Source of the DNA: Octopus sinensis
Taxonomy: Eukaryota
Reading direction: 5' to 3'
Assembly (NCBI RefSeq): GCF_006345805.1
Contig: NC_043016.1
Span: forward strand, 23,746,001 to 23,810,000
Length of the DNA stretch: 64,000 bases
A program made the translations under genes and the position numbers. Every line of letters begins with the position of its first letter. Within the stretch, counting starts at the first letter, position 1. Positions 25,795 to 38,864 of this stretch are shown here, piece after piece. Below the pieces are notes generated by a model. It saw only the letters and a program-made list of their open reading frames with translations, ran no database searches and was not told where the DNA came from.

Positions 25795-26012
25795 TGGTTT
25801 CAAATTTTGCCACAAGGGCAGCCACTTTTTGGAGGGGAGTGGGGAGGAATGAGTCGATTACATCGAACTCAGTATTCAGCTTGTACTTATTTTATTGACC
25901 TCGAAAGGATGAAAAGCAAAGTTAACCTCAGCAGAACATACTGATGAGTGAAATACCACTAAAGCATTTCATCCAGTGCACTAACAATTCTGCCAGCTCA
26001 CTACCTTGATCA

Positions 26013-26060
<48 letters not shown>

Positions 26061-26888
26061 CAACAACAACAACAATAATCAATTTGTTTATTAACCACAA
26101 AAGCTTACATAAAATTAGATTAAAAGACATACAATAACATAAAAGACAAAAACAGGACAATAGAATGGGTTTTACATGTAAACAATATAACAATTAGAAT
26201 TAAACAATTCAAAACTTCCAATAGGGGAGGCACTTTAAGGACCTCGTAGAAAAACCCACAAAAGCCACAGGTGCCTGAACAACAAGGCAAGAGTCCTCCT
26301 TTTGTTAACAGGTGCACGCTCAGAATTGGTCCTTTCACACTGGCCATTCTTCCAACATTCATCCATCTTTCAACAAACTTGCTACAAGGCAACACTTCCC
26401 TCTCCACCCTCAACCTTCTCTTCAAGCGAAACTTGGAAAAGTTGATGAGGAAAGAGGATAGTGTCTGTCTTTAGCCCTTCCAAATGGGTCCACATCAACC
26501 CCAGCACTTGACTGGTACTTAATTTATCAACCCCAAAAAGATGAAAGGCAAAGTTGGGCTCAGCAGAATTTGAACTCAGAAGGTAAAGTCAGATGAAATA
26601 CCGCTAAGCATTTCACCCAGCGTGCTAATGATTCTGCCAGCTTGCCGCCTTAATAACGATAATAATAATAATAATAATTCAAATTTTGGCAAAAGGCCAG
26701 AAATTTCAAGGGGACAGGTAATTCAATTATATTGAACCCAGTATCCAACTGCTACTTATTTTATTGACCTTGAAAGAATGAAAAGCAAAGTCGACCTCAA
26801 CAAAATTTGAACTCAGAACGTAAAGATGAACAAAATGCTACTGAGCATTTTGCCTGGCACAGTAACGATTCTGCCAGCTCACCACCTA

Positions 26889-26967
<79 letters not shown>

Positions 26968-27140
26968 TAATAATAATAATAATAATAACAACAACAATAA
27001 TAATAATAATAATAATAATTTTTTCTGCAATAGGCACAAAGCCTGAAATTTTGGGGGAGCGATCTAGTCGATTCCTCTAACCCCAGTGATTGACTGATAT
27101 TTATTTTATTGATTTCAAAAGGCTGAAAAGAAAAGTTGAC
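25795..27140 (-). mobile_element. Cluster of decayed SINE B copies (about 25795-26005, 26470-26650, 26690-26890, 27020-27140) with (AAT)n/(ACT)n tracts
   Basis: Repeated gaaaggatgaaaggcaaag...aatttgaactcag...ctgccagct. Confidence 0.75.
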
Positions 27141-27899
27141 CTGTATATTACTACATATATTTCAGCATGTACAAATCTAATTTCGTTTTTGTGTTTGGTT
27201 TAGAAGTGTTTGCTTGTGAGTTAAAACACATTTTGTTGTATCTCAAGAAGGTTGTTATGCTAATAATTTGTCAAATAAATAATAAAAAAAATGAAATGGA
27301 ACCACTACATGTATTTATTATTGGAAAAATGACTTTCCGAAATACAACAAAATAATCTGATTCTTAGTCCACTAACCATTCAATTCCAGTCAGAATTATA
27401 CTGATGGAAAAAAATAAATAAATAAAAAGGGGGTGAAGTTCTATATAAACTGAGCTGGCAGTTGGTCCTGAACATTAAGTTCTCCAATTTAGAATCTTAG
27501 AATTTTGAATTTCATTGGTGTAGCTTTATGATATTTTAATTTTTATGGCAAATTAACTTTAATTCATTATATAGTCATATCTATTAATTAAATGAACTTA
27601 ATCAGAGGAGTAAGGGCAATATCCTTGACCTCTTTTTTAGGATCTTCAACACAAGGTAGGAAATACGGATGGAGGAGGGAAGTTATCATCAGCCCAAAAT
27701 CATGGCCTGAACACCACTGAAGGCATCCAAATTCCATTAGTACTATTAAAACACCATTCTTAAATTACAAGTCTTTATCAGTTTTCAAGTGAATATTAAC
27801 CTGTTCCCATAATTTTGGATACCATCCATCATTACCTCTTCCAAATTTTTTCTTTACCTCTTTTTACAATTTCTGTAGGTCTTGTCACCTTAATACTCT

Positions 27900-28121
27900 T
27901 TACTCTTTACTCTTTTACTTGTTTCAGTCATTTGACTGTGGCCATGCTGGAGCACCTTCTTTAGTCGAGCAAATTGACCCCAGGACTTATTCTTTGTAAG
28001 TCTAGTACTTATTCTATCGATCTCTTTTGCCGAACCACTAAGTTACAGGGATGTAAACACACCAGCATCGGTTGTCAAGCGATGTTGGGGGTGGGGGACA
28101 GACACAGACACACAAACATAT

Positions 28122-28159
<38 letters not shown>

Positions 28160-28338
28160 ATATATATATATAGATGATGGGCTTCTTTCAGTTTCCATCT
28201 ACCAAATCCACTCACAAGGCTTTGGTCAGCCTGAGGCTAAAGTAGAAGACACTTGCCCAAGGTGTCACCCAGTGGGACTGAACCCGGAACCATGTGGTTG
28301 GTGAGCAAACTACTTACCACACAGCCACTCCTATGCCT
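27900..28338 (-). mobile_element. SINE family A, full length
   Basis: Runs from the tactcttttacttgtttcagtc tail to the cacagccactcctatgcc head, with an internal (CA)(TA) tract. Confidence 0.9.
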
Positions 28339-28561
28339 ATATAGTAAAGTTTTCTGCCCTTTTTTACTTCCTTTCTCTAAATTCTTTAACATATTCCATT
28401 CATTCTTTATAAAAGGACTCTATTCTTCTACAAAAGAACTCTGATAAAAAATATAAGGATTCTCTTCTCACAGCACAATGATGTCGGAGATTCTGCTTGT
28501 TTCTATTTTTTGATTTTTTTGTATTTTATTGCAATATTTTATTCTGCTTGTCAATTATAAG

Positions 28562-28669
28562 GCTTCTGTAAAGATATCTTCCATACACTTGACAACTTAC
28601 AAAATTCTATGTCTTTTGACCAAACAAATAAAGTACTGGCTAATATTGAGACATTACAAAGTTTCTCAA
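28562..28669 (+). CDS. Candidate 108-nt internal exon of an unidentified host gene
   Basis: Long T-rich tract, ataag|, stop-free phase 1-1 frame (G)FCKDIFHTLDNLQNSMSFDQTNKVLANIETLQSFS, then |gtaagg. The AAG acceptor is atypical and no homology was recognised. Confidence 0.3.
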
Positions 28670-29135
28670 GTAAGGAAGAGAGCTTACTAGTGAGCTGTAT
28701 CAGGTCTCTGGTGTTCAATAACAGTTTCAAATTTTGACACAAGAACAGTAATTTTAGTGGGTGTGGAGCAACTCAATTACATCATTACCAGTGCTCAACT
28801 AGTACTTTACTTTATTCAACACTGAAAGGATGAAAGCCAAAGTTGACCATGTCAAAATTTGAACTCAGGACATAAGGAGCTCAAAGAAATACTGCTATGC
28901 ATTTTGTCCAACATGCTAACAATTCTGCCAGTTTACCATCTTCCTGATATTCAATAATAAAATTAATGAGATGTTTGAGTTTGTAACAATGATGACCATC
29001 TTGAGCTCATTATTTGTGGTAGCCATGAGTGTATGTACACATGGCTTTGGATCAGTTTCATTTGTTACTATGGTCAGCTGCTGTACTATCTTTTGTGCCA
29101 CATCTAAAATTAGTGTGCTTGCTCACCTTTTCACT

Positions 29136-29352
29136 TACTCTTTTACTTGTTTCAGTCGTTTGACTGCGGTCATGCTGGAGCACTGCATTAGTTGAACAAA
29201 TCAATCCCAGGACTTATTCTTTGTAAGCTTAGTACTTATTTTATTGGTCTCTTTTGCCGAACTGCTAAGTTACGGGGACGTAAACACACCAGCATCGGTT
29301 GTCAAGCGATGTTGGGGTGGGGGAACAAACACAGGCACACAAACATATACAC

Positions 29353-29383
<31 letters not shown>

Positions 29384-29545
29384 CGACGGGCTTCTTTCAG
29401 TTTCCGTCGACCAAATCCACTCACAAGGCTTTGGTCGGCCTGAGGCTATAGTAGAAGAAACTTGCCCAAAGTACCACATAGTGGGACTGAACCCGCAACC
29501 ATGTGATCGGTAAGCAAGCTACTTACCACACAGCCACTCCTGCAC
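29136..29545 (-). mobile_element. SINE family A, full length
   Basis: Same head, core and tail motifs as the other A copies. Confidence 0.9.
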
Positions 29546-29847
29546 TTACATACGCTTTCATTGCCAAATGCATCCTTCAATCATTTAAGATTGCAAGATA
29601 TGATTTGAAGGAAATTTGGTTGCTATTTCTTGCAGTTTGAGTGACTAGGCAGAGGCTTTACCTCATTAGCTTAAAAGTAAATTTAGTTGTTGTTTATTCC
29701 CACATCAACTTGGAGTGAACTGATGTATAATGAAAGTTTTCTGGTATGACCTTTCTTTTGTATATCAGAACTACGCTATCGAATAAATGCTGTAGGTAAG
29801 ACAGTAGGACGTGACTTGAAGGAGATTTGGTGACTGCTTCCTGATTG

Positions 29848-30260
29848 GAGGAGTGGCTGTGTGGTAAGTAGCTTGCTTACCAACCACATGGTTCTGGGTT
29901 CTTTCCCACTGCATGGCACCTTGGGCAAGTGTCTTCTACTATAGTCTTGGGCCGACCAAAGCCTTGTGAGTGGATTTGGCAGACAGAAACTGAAAGAAGC
30001 CCATCGTATATATGTATATATATATATATGTGTGTGTGTATATGTTTGTGTGTCTGTGTTTGTCCCCACAACATCGCTTGACAACCAATGCTGGTGTATT
30101 TACGTCCCCGTAACTTAATGGTTCAGCAAAAGTGACTGATAGAATAAGTACTAGGCTTACAAAGAATAAGTCCTGGGGTCGATTTGCCCGACTAAAGGCA
30201 GTGCTCCAGCATGGCCACAGTCAACTGACTGAAACAAGTAAAAGAGTAAAGCGTAAAGAG
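29848..30260 (+). mobile_element. SINE family A, full length
   Basis: ggagtggctgtgtggtaagtag...ggcaccttgggcaagtgtctt...gactgaaacaagtaaaagag. Confidence 0.9.
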
Positions 30261-30885
30261 TACATCACCTGACATTCATTTACATCTCCTTACTTTTCTT
30301 CTGCATAAAACAACTTTTGTTTGCTGTCTGTCTCCATGTCCCTCTCTCCCTCTTCTTTTCTCTTACTCTTTTCCTCTCCCTCTCGCTTCCTCTTTCACTG
30401 TCTTTTTATTTTTTCATTCCTTTAGAGAGGATATCAGTAAAAGAGGCAGTTTGAGGCATGAGTTACTCAGGGAGAGTATTAGAGGAGATGAGCAGAAGAG
30501 CCTGCTGAGTTTCAGTTACTAATATGGATATGCTTACATTAGCATAATTATAAGATATTCTGAAAGCTATTTATTCTAAACAAAAATAATTACTGCATCC
30601 TATAGGTAACAAAGATTAATTAAGGACAAGCGAACAAACCAAGAAAACAATTTGATCAGCAGAAAATTTCAACAAGTCACACATTATTTTTCCTCAAACA
30701 CTAATTCATGCAAAGAACATCTCTCAAAAGTGGTAACCCTGTCAAGGAATCACTTCTGGTCAAAACAGTATCATTTCTAAAAAGGTTAAATATTCTTTCT
30801 ATCAATGCAAGGATTTGATTCAATACTAATAGTGTAGGAATTTTAATTGCTCTTATCATGGAACTATTTTTTCTCCATGTTTTAG

Positions 30886-30908
30886 TTTATATGTTCTGCT
30901 TTGAACAG
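30886..30908 (+). CDS. Candidate 23-nt microexon
   Basis: ttttttctccatgttttag|tttatatgttctgctttgaacag|gtaaga. Phase-compatible with the 28562-28669 candidate. Confidence 0.2.
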
Positions 30909-31059
30909 GTAAGAGATAGGTCTGAAAGATTAATTTAAGTATATTCAGGGCTGTTACAGTGCGACATCACTGACAATATGTTGTTTCTACAGCTACCATT
31001 ATTTTTTTTACATGTTTATTCTTTTATATGTTTCAGCCCTAAGGCTGTGACCATACTGG

Positions 31060-31688
31060 GGTACCATACTCTTTTACTCTTTTACTTGTTTCAGTCATTA
31101 CTCTTTTACTCTTTACTCTTTTACTCTTTTACTTGTTTCAGTCATTTGACTGCGGCCATGCTGGAGCACTGCCTTTAGTCGAGCAACCCGACCCCGGGAC
31201 TTATTCTTTTTGTAAGCCCAGTACTTATTCTATCGGTCTCTTTTTGCCGAACCGCTAAGTGACGATACCATATATATTTTTTTTATTCTTTTACTTGTTT
31301 CAGTCATTTGACTATGGCCATGCTGGAGCACCATATTAGTTGAACAAATCAACCCCAGGACTTATTCTTCGTAAGCCTAGCACTTATTCTATCAGTCACT
31401 TTTTGCTGATCCGCTATGCGACGGGGGCGTAAACACACCAGCATCAGTTGTCAAGCAATGGTGGGGGGAATAAACACAGACACAAATAACAAATACATAC
31501 CTACATATATATATACATATGTACATACAATGGGCTTCTTTCAGTTTCTGTCTACCAAATTCACTCACAAGGCTTTGGTTGGCTCGAGGCTATAGTAGAG
31601 GACTCTTGTCCAAGGTGCCATGCAGTGGGACTGAACCTGGAACAATGTGGTTGGGAAGTTAGCTTCTTACCACAGCCACTCTTGTGCC
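31060..31688 (-). mobile_element. Two adjacent SINE A copies (3' half about 31060-31262; full 31286-31688)
   Basis: Repeated tail motif (tactcttt)n-acttgtttcagtcatttgact. Confidence 0.85.
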
Positions 31689-32034
31689 TAATATGTATAT
31701 AATTAGAAGAAAAGATGAGGTTAAAAAATCCTGGTTGATGTCAATAAAGCACTCAGTATTAAAAGAACTTGGTTATAAATCTTCAGCAATTTGATACCAG
31801 TAAATGTAAGTAGAATACATATCCCAGGTAAATCCTCATGCATGACAGGTAAGACCAAATAGCCTTTTGCAGAATTTCAAGAAATTCAGAATATTTTAAT
31901 AACAAAATATGCATACAGAGAAAATTACACCTTTATTATAGATCTCACCTTATAAAGATGACAATTATTTTTATTGCGTTAACATCTATGTGTATAGTAT
32001 GTATGTATATAAATATATATATATATATATATAA

Positions 32035-32250
32035 AATACAAAATGGGACAAGAAATCAAAACATCCAAACAGTTAGGTGATACAAAAAAGGGACAACAAA
32101 ACATTGAGATAGACGATACAAAGAAAACAAGGACAGGTAATTCGGAGTTTTCTTTCCTCAGTCAAGTTCCAGATTATCTTTGCAATTTCGGCTGGTTTAT
32201 ACTTGAGATTTCTCCAATCTGGCCAGCCCCAAGGAAAAACTAAGCTATTT
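32035..32250 (-). mobile_element. Possible Penelope-like terminal-repeat relic
   Basis: Minus strand has ggctgg...ccagcc-GAAA-ttgcaa followed by a T-rich tail similar in style to the hammerhead-linked tails. The catalytic core is not recognisable. Confidence 0.3.
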
Positions 32251-33381
32251 ACTCATTATATTAACCTTTGTATAAGAATTAACCTTATTATATGTAATAT
32301 ATGAAAAATTATTACAACTAATAATTGAAATATCTGAATGTCTTTCTAAATTTATGGCAACAACTTATTGTAAAGATTCCATTAAAATTCAATAAAATTG
32401 ATATAGAAGTAATTATATAATACAGGCAAAGATCCCATGTAGAATTACCAATATTGTATGATGGTGCATAACTAATAATGAACAAATTTTATATATATAT
32501 GTAAATTTCTTCCAAAGATGGAGTACGTGACGTCCCAATTATAGCTTAAAATTGTGTAAATTCATATGTATTTATTAGCATCAATTTAGTACATAAATAT
32601 GTATGCACAATGCACATCACTGTATCTGTCTGCCACTAAATCCTTGAAACAGCTGTAATGTACTGCCTTGAATTTTCTCCTCTCTTTTCTTTATCTTTTC
32701 CATATGAAATCTATGGATAATTATCTGTTTATGAGAGACTACAACTATAGCCATCACACACTACACACCTCTATGCTCCAGCAAAAGCCCACCACCTCCA
32801 CTAACTCTAACACATCTATACTACTCAATTTTTATCATAGCCATTACTGTATTTTCACACCTACCACTATACCAATACAGTGACTACCACATCTCTCTAA
32901 CTACAACCACCACCTTCTATAGCTGCTATTGCAGCTCTACATCCACTTTCACCTCTACAGCAACCACATTAACCATCACCACCACTACAGTAGTCACTAC
33001 TCTATCTCTACAACTACCACCATCACCACCACTAACACCACACCTTTATTTATTCTTCCATGTTCATATCCCTAACGGTTTATATTCTTCACTACTAACA
33101 CAGCATTTCAGGTTATCATTTCATTCTGTCTTGCTAGTCAGATGACACATGTTATTTATCAAAATCTTTTGATCAAAGAAGAGATAAATTCCAATCTTAG
33201 CTTGCTTTATATTATCTGACATACATTCAACAGCTGGATATCAGTTTAACGGAAACCATAGAATATTAATTTAAAATGGATATCTGTTTATTTTGAATGT
33301 CAGTACTATAATCCATTGTTATCTTAGAAACACCATCGGAGATTAAATCTTTAATACACATATGTAGATAGTGTGTTGTAA

Positions 33382-33414
<33 letters not shown>

Positions 33415-33639
33415 ATTGCTAAAAAGATGACCATCACCTAAGTATAACAATAATATGTATATTACATATATATGTCCAAGTGAATGTGTATACAATTGTG
33501 ATATTTCATATTATCTCATGTGCTGTTCTTGGTGTTTTGTATAATTCACATAGACATAAAGCCTTCGGAGATCTATCTGTTTGTATTCATCAAATATCAC
33601 AATACCAGTATATTTTGGAACCTACAACCTCTAGGGAAC

Positions 33640-34260
33640 CTCTTGGGCATTTGAGAGAACCAAGAATCTATTTCCTGTATTTAGTGTTTATTGCTCCAGC
33701 ACATCTGCCACATATGAAGTCTGCATTCTCTGTAAACTCTCCTGTGATTCTATTACCTCTCTTGTGTGTCCATAGCCTGAACTAGGTACAGCTTATGCAA
33801 TTCTTGCCAACACCCTTCCTACTTATTGAGCAGGGCCATTTTCCTGACAGGGGTAAAGTCGTCTATTTTCCTGTTTTCTAGAACTTTGATCTTTGCCAAG
33901 TTAACTTTAAGGCCCTTTGATTCCAAGTTTTGCTTCCACACCTGAAATTTCTTTTCTGATTTTGTCACATATTCCACTACAAGAGTGAGGTCATCAGTAT
34001 ATAGTAGTTCCAAAGGACATCTGATCTTAAATTCCTTTGTTATGGCTTGGAGGACAAATATGAATAGAAGGGGACTGAAAACTGAGCTTTGGTGATTACC
34101 TATCTGCACATTAACTTCATCACTGAACTCATTACTAACTCTCTCCTAACTGACAGCACCCCTGTACATGGCTTGCATGCCTTTCACAAGCAATTTGTTT
34201 ACTCCAGATCACAATGCAAGGATTCAATAAAAAGGCTCTTTCCAGGTTCACTAAAGCCAA
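33640..34260 (-). pseudogene. Decayed RTE reverse transcriptase fragment
   Basis: SPLLFIFVLQAITKEFKIRCPLELLYTDDL (YADD region)...FQVWKQNLESKGLKVNLAK. Confidence 0.85.
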
Positions 34261-34294
34261 GTACAATTAATTACTTTTAGTTAAGTATTTCAAT

Positions 34295-34365
34295 AAATGT
34301 CTCAGAAGAGATCTACAGTAGTACCTCCCATTGATACAAAATCAAGCTGTGTCTCATCTAGCCAA

Positions 34366-34413
<48 letters not shown>

Positions 34414-34514
34414 TATATATATATTTATTACTATAAATGTCTCAGAAAGATCTTCAGTATTACAGTAGCTCCCACTAATACAAAATCAAACTGTGTCTCA
34501 TCAAGCCAAATTTC

Positions 34515-34556
<42 letters not shown>

Positions 34557-35140
34557 TATATATTATATATATATTATTATATACATATATCATATAGATA
34601 TATATACACATATATACATATTTATTTCTATAAATGTCTCAGAAGAGATCTTCAGTAGTACCCCTCCCACTAATACAAAATCAAACTGTGTCTCATCTAG
34701 CCAAATTTCAATATTATATATATATACATATATACATATAGATATATATACACATATACACATATTTATTTCTATAAATGTCTCAGAAGAGATCTTCAGT
34801 AGTACCTCCCACTAATACAAAATCAAACTGTGTCTCATCTAGCCAAATTTCATATATATATATATATACATATATACATATAGATATATACACATATATA
34901 CATATTTATTTCTATAAATGTCTCAGAAGAGATCTTCAGTAGTACCTCCCACTAATACAAAATCAAACTGTGCCTCATCTAACCAAATTTCATATATATA
35001 TATATTTATATATATACATATATACATATAGATATATATACACATATATACATATTTATTTCTATAAATGTCTCAGAAGAGATCTTCAGTAGTACCTCCC
35101 ACTAATACAAAATCAAACTGTCTCATCTAGCCAAATTTCA
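34295..35140. repeat. Minisatellite: 6 copies of an about 78-bp unit separated by TA-rich microsatellite spacers
   Basis: taaatgtctcagaagagatcttcagtagtacctcccactaatacaaaatcaaactgtgtctcatctagccaaatttca at about 34295, 34433, 34630, 34774, 34914 and 35064. Confidence 0.95.
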
Positions 35141-36147
35141 TATATATTTATATACATATATAAATGTAGATATATATACACATATATACATATATATAGA
35201 TAGTACTTATTTGTCTGCCTTCCTCCTTTGTGCTTCCATCTCTTCTGTATCAACTTGTATGTCTTTGTTTCTCTATTTACTTCCCTTTTTGTCTTTCCCT
35301 ATCTGTCTATCTATTATCATCTTCACCCAACAGAATGAAATAAATCAAAATGTTTGAATATATCACTAGTTGTATCAAGGAAAGTATACAGAAGATGAGG
35401 GGTAGGGAACATGAAGGGCAATGTTCTTTAAGAGAGAAAAAAAGTTTGCAAAAACAAAAGCAAACAAAAAAATGAAGGAAAAAAAGACAATTTTTAGGTT
35501 AGTGACTTTACTGTGTTCCTTAGAGTTAAACATAAAAGGTGACAGGTGATGAGACAGGTGAGAAGAGACATACTTTGGTTCTTGTTATTTGTTTTGTTAG
35601 ATTATTCATATATTATTTTCAGATATTTTATTTTATTTTATTCTCCTTTCTCAGATGAACAGAAATCTGAAAAGAGAACTTGGAAAATAGAAAACTTACA
35701 AAAATACATGAAGCCCATAAGATGGGTTCTTGCAATGAACAGAAAATACAAGAAGGTGTTGAGGATGAGGGAGAAGAAAAGGATTAAAAAAAAGGGTAAA
35801 AAAACCCAGAAAATGTCAGAAAATGGACTAATGAAAAAAGAAAGAAATAACAGTTTCAAATTTTGGCACAAAGGTAGCAGTTTTGAGAGGAGGATGAAGT
35901 TGACATCATCAACCCTGATATATTGTTTTATCGACCTTGAAAGGATGAAAGATAAATTTAATTTTTGTAGGATTTGAACTCATAATGAATCAGAAAAAAT
36001 ACCACTAGATATTTTCTCTAATATTCTAATGCAGTGGTTCTCAATGAGGATCATCATCATCATCATCATTTAGCATCCTCTTGGCATAGGTTGGTTATTT
36101 TGGTATGGAACTGTCCAGACTCCAACTGTCAGCTGTAGTATAGTTTC

Positions 36148-36382
36148 CTATTTCTTTATTGCCCACAAGGGGCTAAACATAGAGGGGACAAACAAGGACA
36201 GACAAAGGGATTAAGTCAATTACATCAACCCCAGTGCGTAACTGGTACTAAATTTATCGACCACGAAAGGATGAAAGGCAAAGTCAACCTTGGCGGAATT
36301 TGAACTCAAAACATAATGGCAGACGAAATACCGCTAAGCATTTCGCCCGGCATGCTAACGTTTCTGCCAGCTCACTGCCTTT
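36148..36382 (-). mobile_element. SINE family B inserted into an RTE tail
   Basis: TSD agctgtagtat(a/g)gtttc at 36131-36147 and 36383-36399. Confidence 0.88.
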
Positions 36383-37428
36383 AGCTGTAGTATGGTTTCT
36401 ATGGCTGGATTCCCTTCCTAACCATTTTACAGAGTATGCTGGGTGATTTTCATGTGCCACTGGCATGGGTGCATTTATGTAGCATTGACATAGGTGTGTT
36501 AATGCAGCACCAGCATGGGTGTTTTTAAGTGGCATGTGTCTTATCAAGTACATGTGTCTTATCAAGTACATCTCTAATGATTCTGCCACTTCACTGCCTA
36601 AAAAGCAAAGCAAGAGTAATAATCAAATAGCATATTGCCAGAGCAGAAATTCCACATTGCAGAAAACAATCTAAAAATAGAAGAGTAAGAATTGAACGCA
36701 TCATCAATGAATATCAAAAGCAGAAGTTACTAGATTATTTAAGAGGCATCATTTGTAATTTGTCTTTGTAAAATGCTTCTTCTTTCTGTCAATTTAAAAT
36801 AGTGATATCTTGTTACTGCATTATTTTTTTAATTCTAAGTCTTGTCAATGGATTTAGTAGATATAAATATAAGAAGCACAGTCTAATGAAAAACTAATGG
36901 CTCAGACATGTTATGGTAGGAAGCTAGAAACGACGGAAACAAACATACACATGCACACAGATGCATACATTATATACATACACGATGATATTCTTTTAGT
37001 TTTCATCTACCAATTCCATCCACAAGACTTTGGTTGGTTTGGGGCTTGAGTAGAAAACACTTGCCCGAGTTGCCACACAGTGAGTCAGAACCCAAAATCA
37101 CATGGCTGGGAAGCAAACAACTTAACCATACAACCAGACCAGCACACACACACACACACACTTATATGGATACATCTCTGGCTTGGCTCAAAGTGTTGCT
37201 TGCTTGTCAGGACTTGCTACTTCATTCTGATATAAAGACACCATTTTACTTCACCACTGACGATGCAGTAAAGAAATCTTTTTGTTTCCATGTGTAGCCT
37301 GACATTGAGTGAGCAAACTAATAATGATAAAGGTGGCACCGGAGTTTGTCTCTTTTGTTCAAAGTGTGTGGCACACATGCAATAAGTTTTGGGATCTAAC
37401 CCACTGAGGGAAGGTGCTGGCAGAAAAA

Positions 37429-37660
37429 GGTGGTGAGCTGGCAGAAACGTTAGCATGCCGGGCGAAATGCTTAGCGGTATTTCATCTGCAGTTACGTTGT
37501 GAGCTCAAATTCCGCCGAGGTCGACTTTGCCTTTCATCCTTTCATGGTCGATAAATTTAGTACCAGTTATGCACTGAGGTCGATGTAATCGACTTAATAC
37601 CTATGTCTGTCCTTGTTTGTCTCCTCTGTGTTTAGCCCCTTGTGGGTAATAAAGAAATAG
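37429..37660 (+). mobile_element. SINE family B, full length
   Basis: Family head to tail. Confidence 0.88.
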
Positions 37661-38255
37661 GTATCATGAAGGCATCCCATTTTCTGATCCAATTCCCTAG
37701 TGCAATGGCATGGATCCTCATAGATACGTTGGTACAATCAGTCTTCATTGAACTAAATAGATCAACTGGGATGCAGAGAGTTTGTGAGGTTGAATTTCCT
37801 TTCTTTGAGGCATGAAAGTCATTTCTGTGCAGTTCTTTCAATAATAGTGTCTACTTCGTATGCTAAACACAAATGTCTCAAGTAGTTTTGGCAACTTTGG
37901 AAGAGAAGCAAGTATCAAAAATGGTCATTTTTTGTCTGCTTGACATTCCATCATAATGTAACTGAAAAGAAGTAAAATTTATTCAAATTTCAGATATAAG
38001 AAGCAAAAATTGCAGAGGAAGAATAGAACTACAAAAAGTGAAAAATAGTCTCTATGATAAAAATATTTTTCATATTAATTAAAACAACATTTCAAAGAAG
38101 TATGCAAATTTATCTCACAAACCAATATATATATGTGCATGCACACACACGCACACGTGCGTGCACGCACACACACACACACACACACACCACACACACA
38201 CACACACACATACACACACACACACATTTACATAAATTATTAAGATTGCTATTTG

Positions 38256-38618
38256 CAATTTACAACTGAAAGACAACAAGTATAGTTGTCACTAAAGTGA
38301 TGGAGGGTGCTAGTGAGCACTGGCCTTGCTAGAAATAAGAGTCAAAACAACTCTTAGCCACATGAGAGCACTTTTCTAATGACTGACAAGGGAGACAAGT
38401 TCCCTACAGCAAGCAAGATGAAATCATATCAATACTGATTTCAGATTTGATTAATCTTCATCAGTGATCCTTCTCAGTCTTATAGAGAACACCTTAGGAA
38501 ACGTTGACTGATTCCAAAATATGGTTAAGTGCGAATTATAAATTAATCAGGTGGCTATTCACAATTTACAAATGAAACGCAACAAGTATAGTCATCACTA
38601 AACTGACTGAGGGTGCTA
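38256..38618 (-). mobile_element. 306-bp unit with 57-bp direct terminal repeats enclosing a hammerhead motif (retrozyme/pLTR-like)
   Basis: 38256-38312 versus 38562-38618 differ at 8 of 57 positions. The hammerhead lies at 38428-38468. Confidence 0.55.
38428..38468 (-). ncRNA. Minimal type I hammerhead motif
   Basis: atca-CTGATGA-agatt/aatca/aatct-GAAA-tcag-TA-ttgat. Confidence 0.55.
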
Positions 38619-38820
38619 TACATGTTTGTGTGTGTGTGTATGTGTATGTACATATAAATGTTTGTGTGAGTGTATACATATGTAGATGTTGTAAACGTAG
38701 GAGGTTTTATGTCTATGTATTGCGAGAATATAGTTGCGTGTATTTTTTATCAAGTTTTTTCCTCTTATTAGAGTAACTTCCCTTTTATTCAACGGTTTTT
38801 CATAGCGTTTGTTGCCATTA

Positions 38821-38864
38821 ATAGCCGACGAGAATGTATCGACATTTGAAACTCCGACTACTAT
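38821..38864 (+). ncRNA. Degenerate hammerhead motif, same family as 7192 and 17202
   Basis: atag-CCGACGA-gaatgt/atcg/acattt-GAAA-ctc-c-gac-TA-ctat, followed by ataatgacaacc...aatattgaggtctc as in the other copies. Confidence 0.5.

Noticed and set aside
29848-29920. tRNA genes at SINE heads
   Set aside because: Only A/B-box-like motifs. They continue into SINE bodies and no complete cloverleaf is evident.
34295-35140. CRISPR-like repeat-spacer array
   Set aside because: Eukaryotic context, a 78-bp unit, spacers that are homologous TA microsatellite, and no cas genes.
35546-35977. 143-aa K-rich ORF with a good acceptor at about 35653
   Set aside because: AT-biased composition, runs into a SINE B copy, no convincing donor and no recognisable homology.
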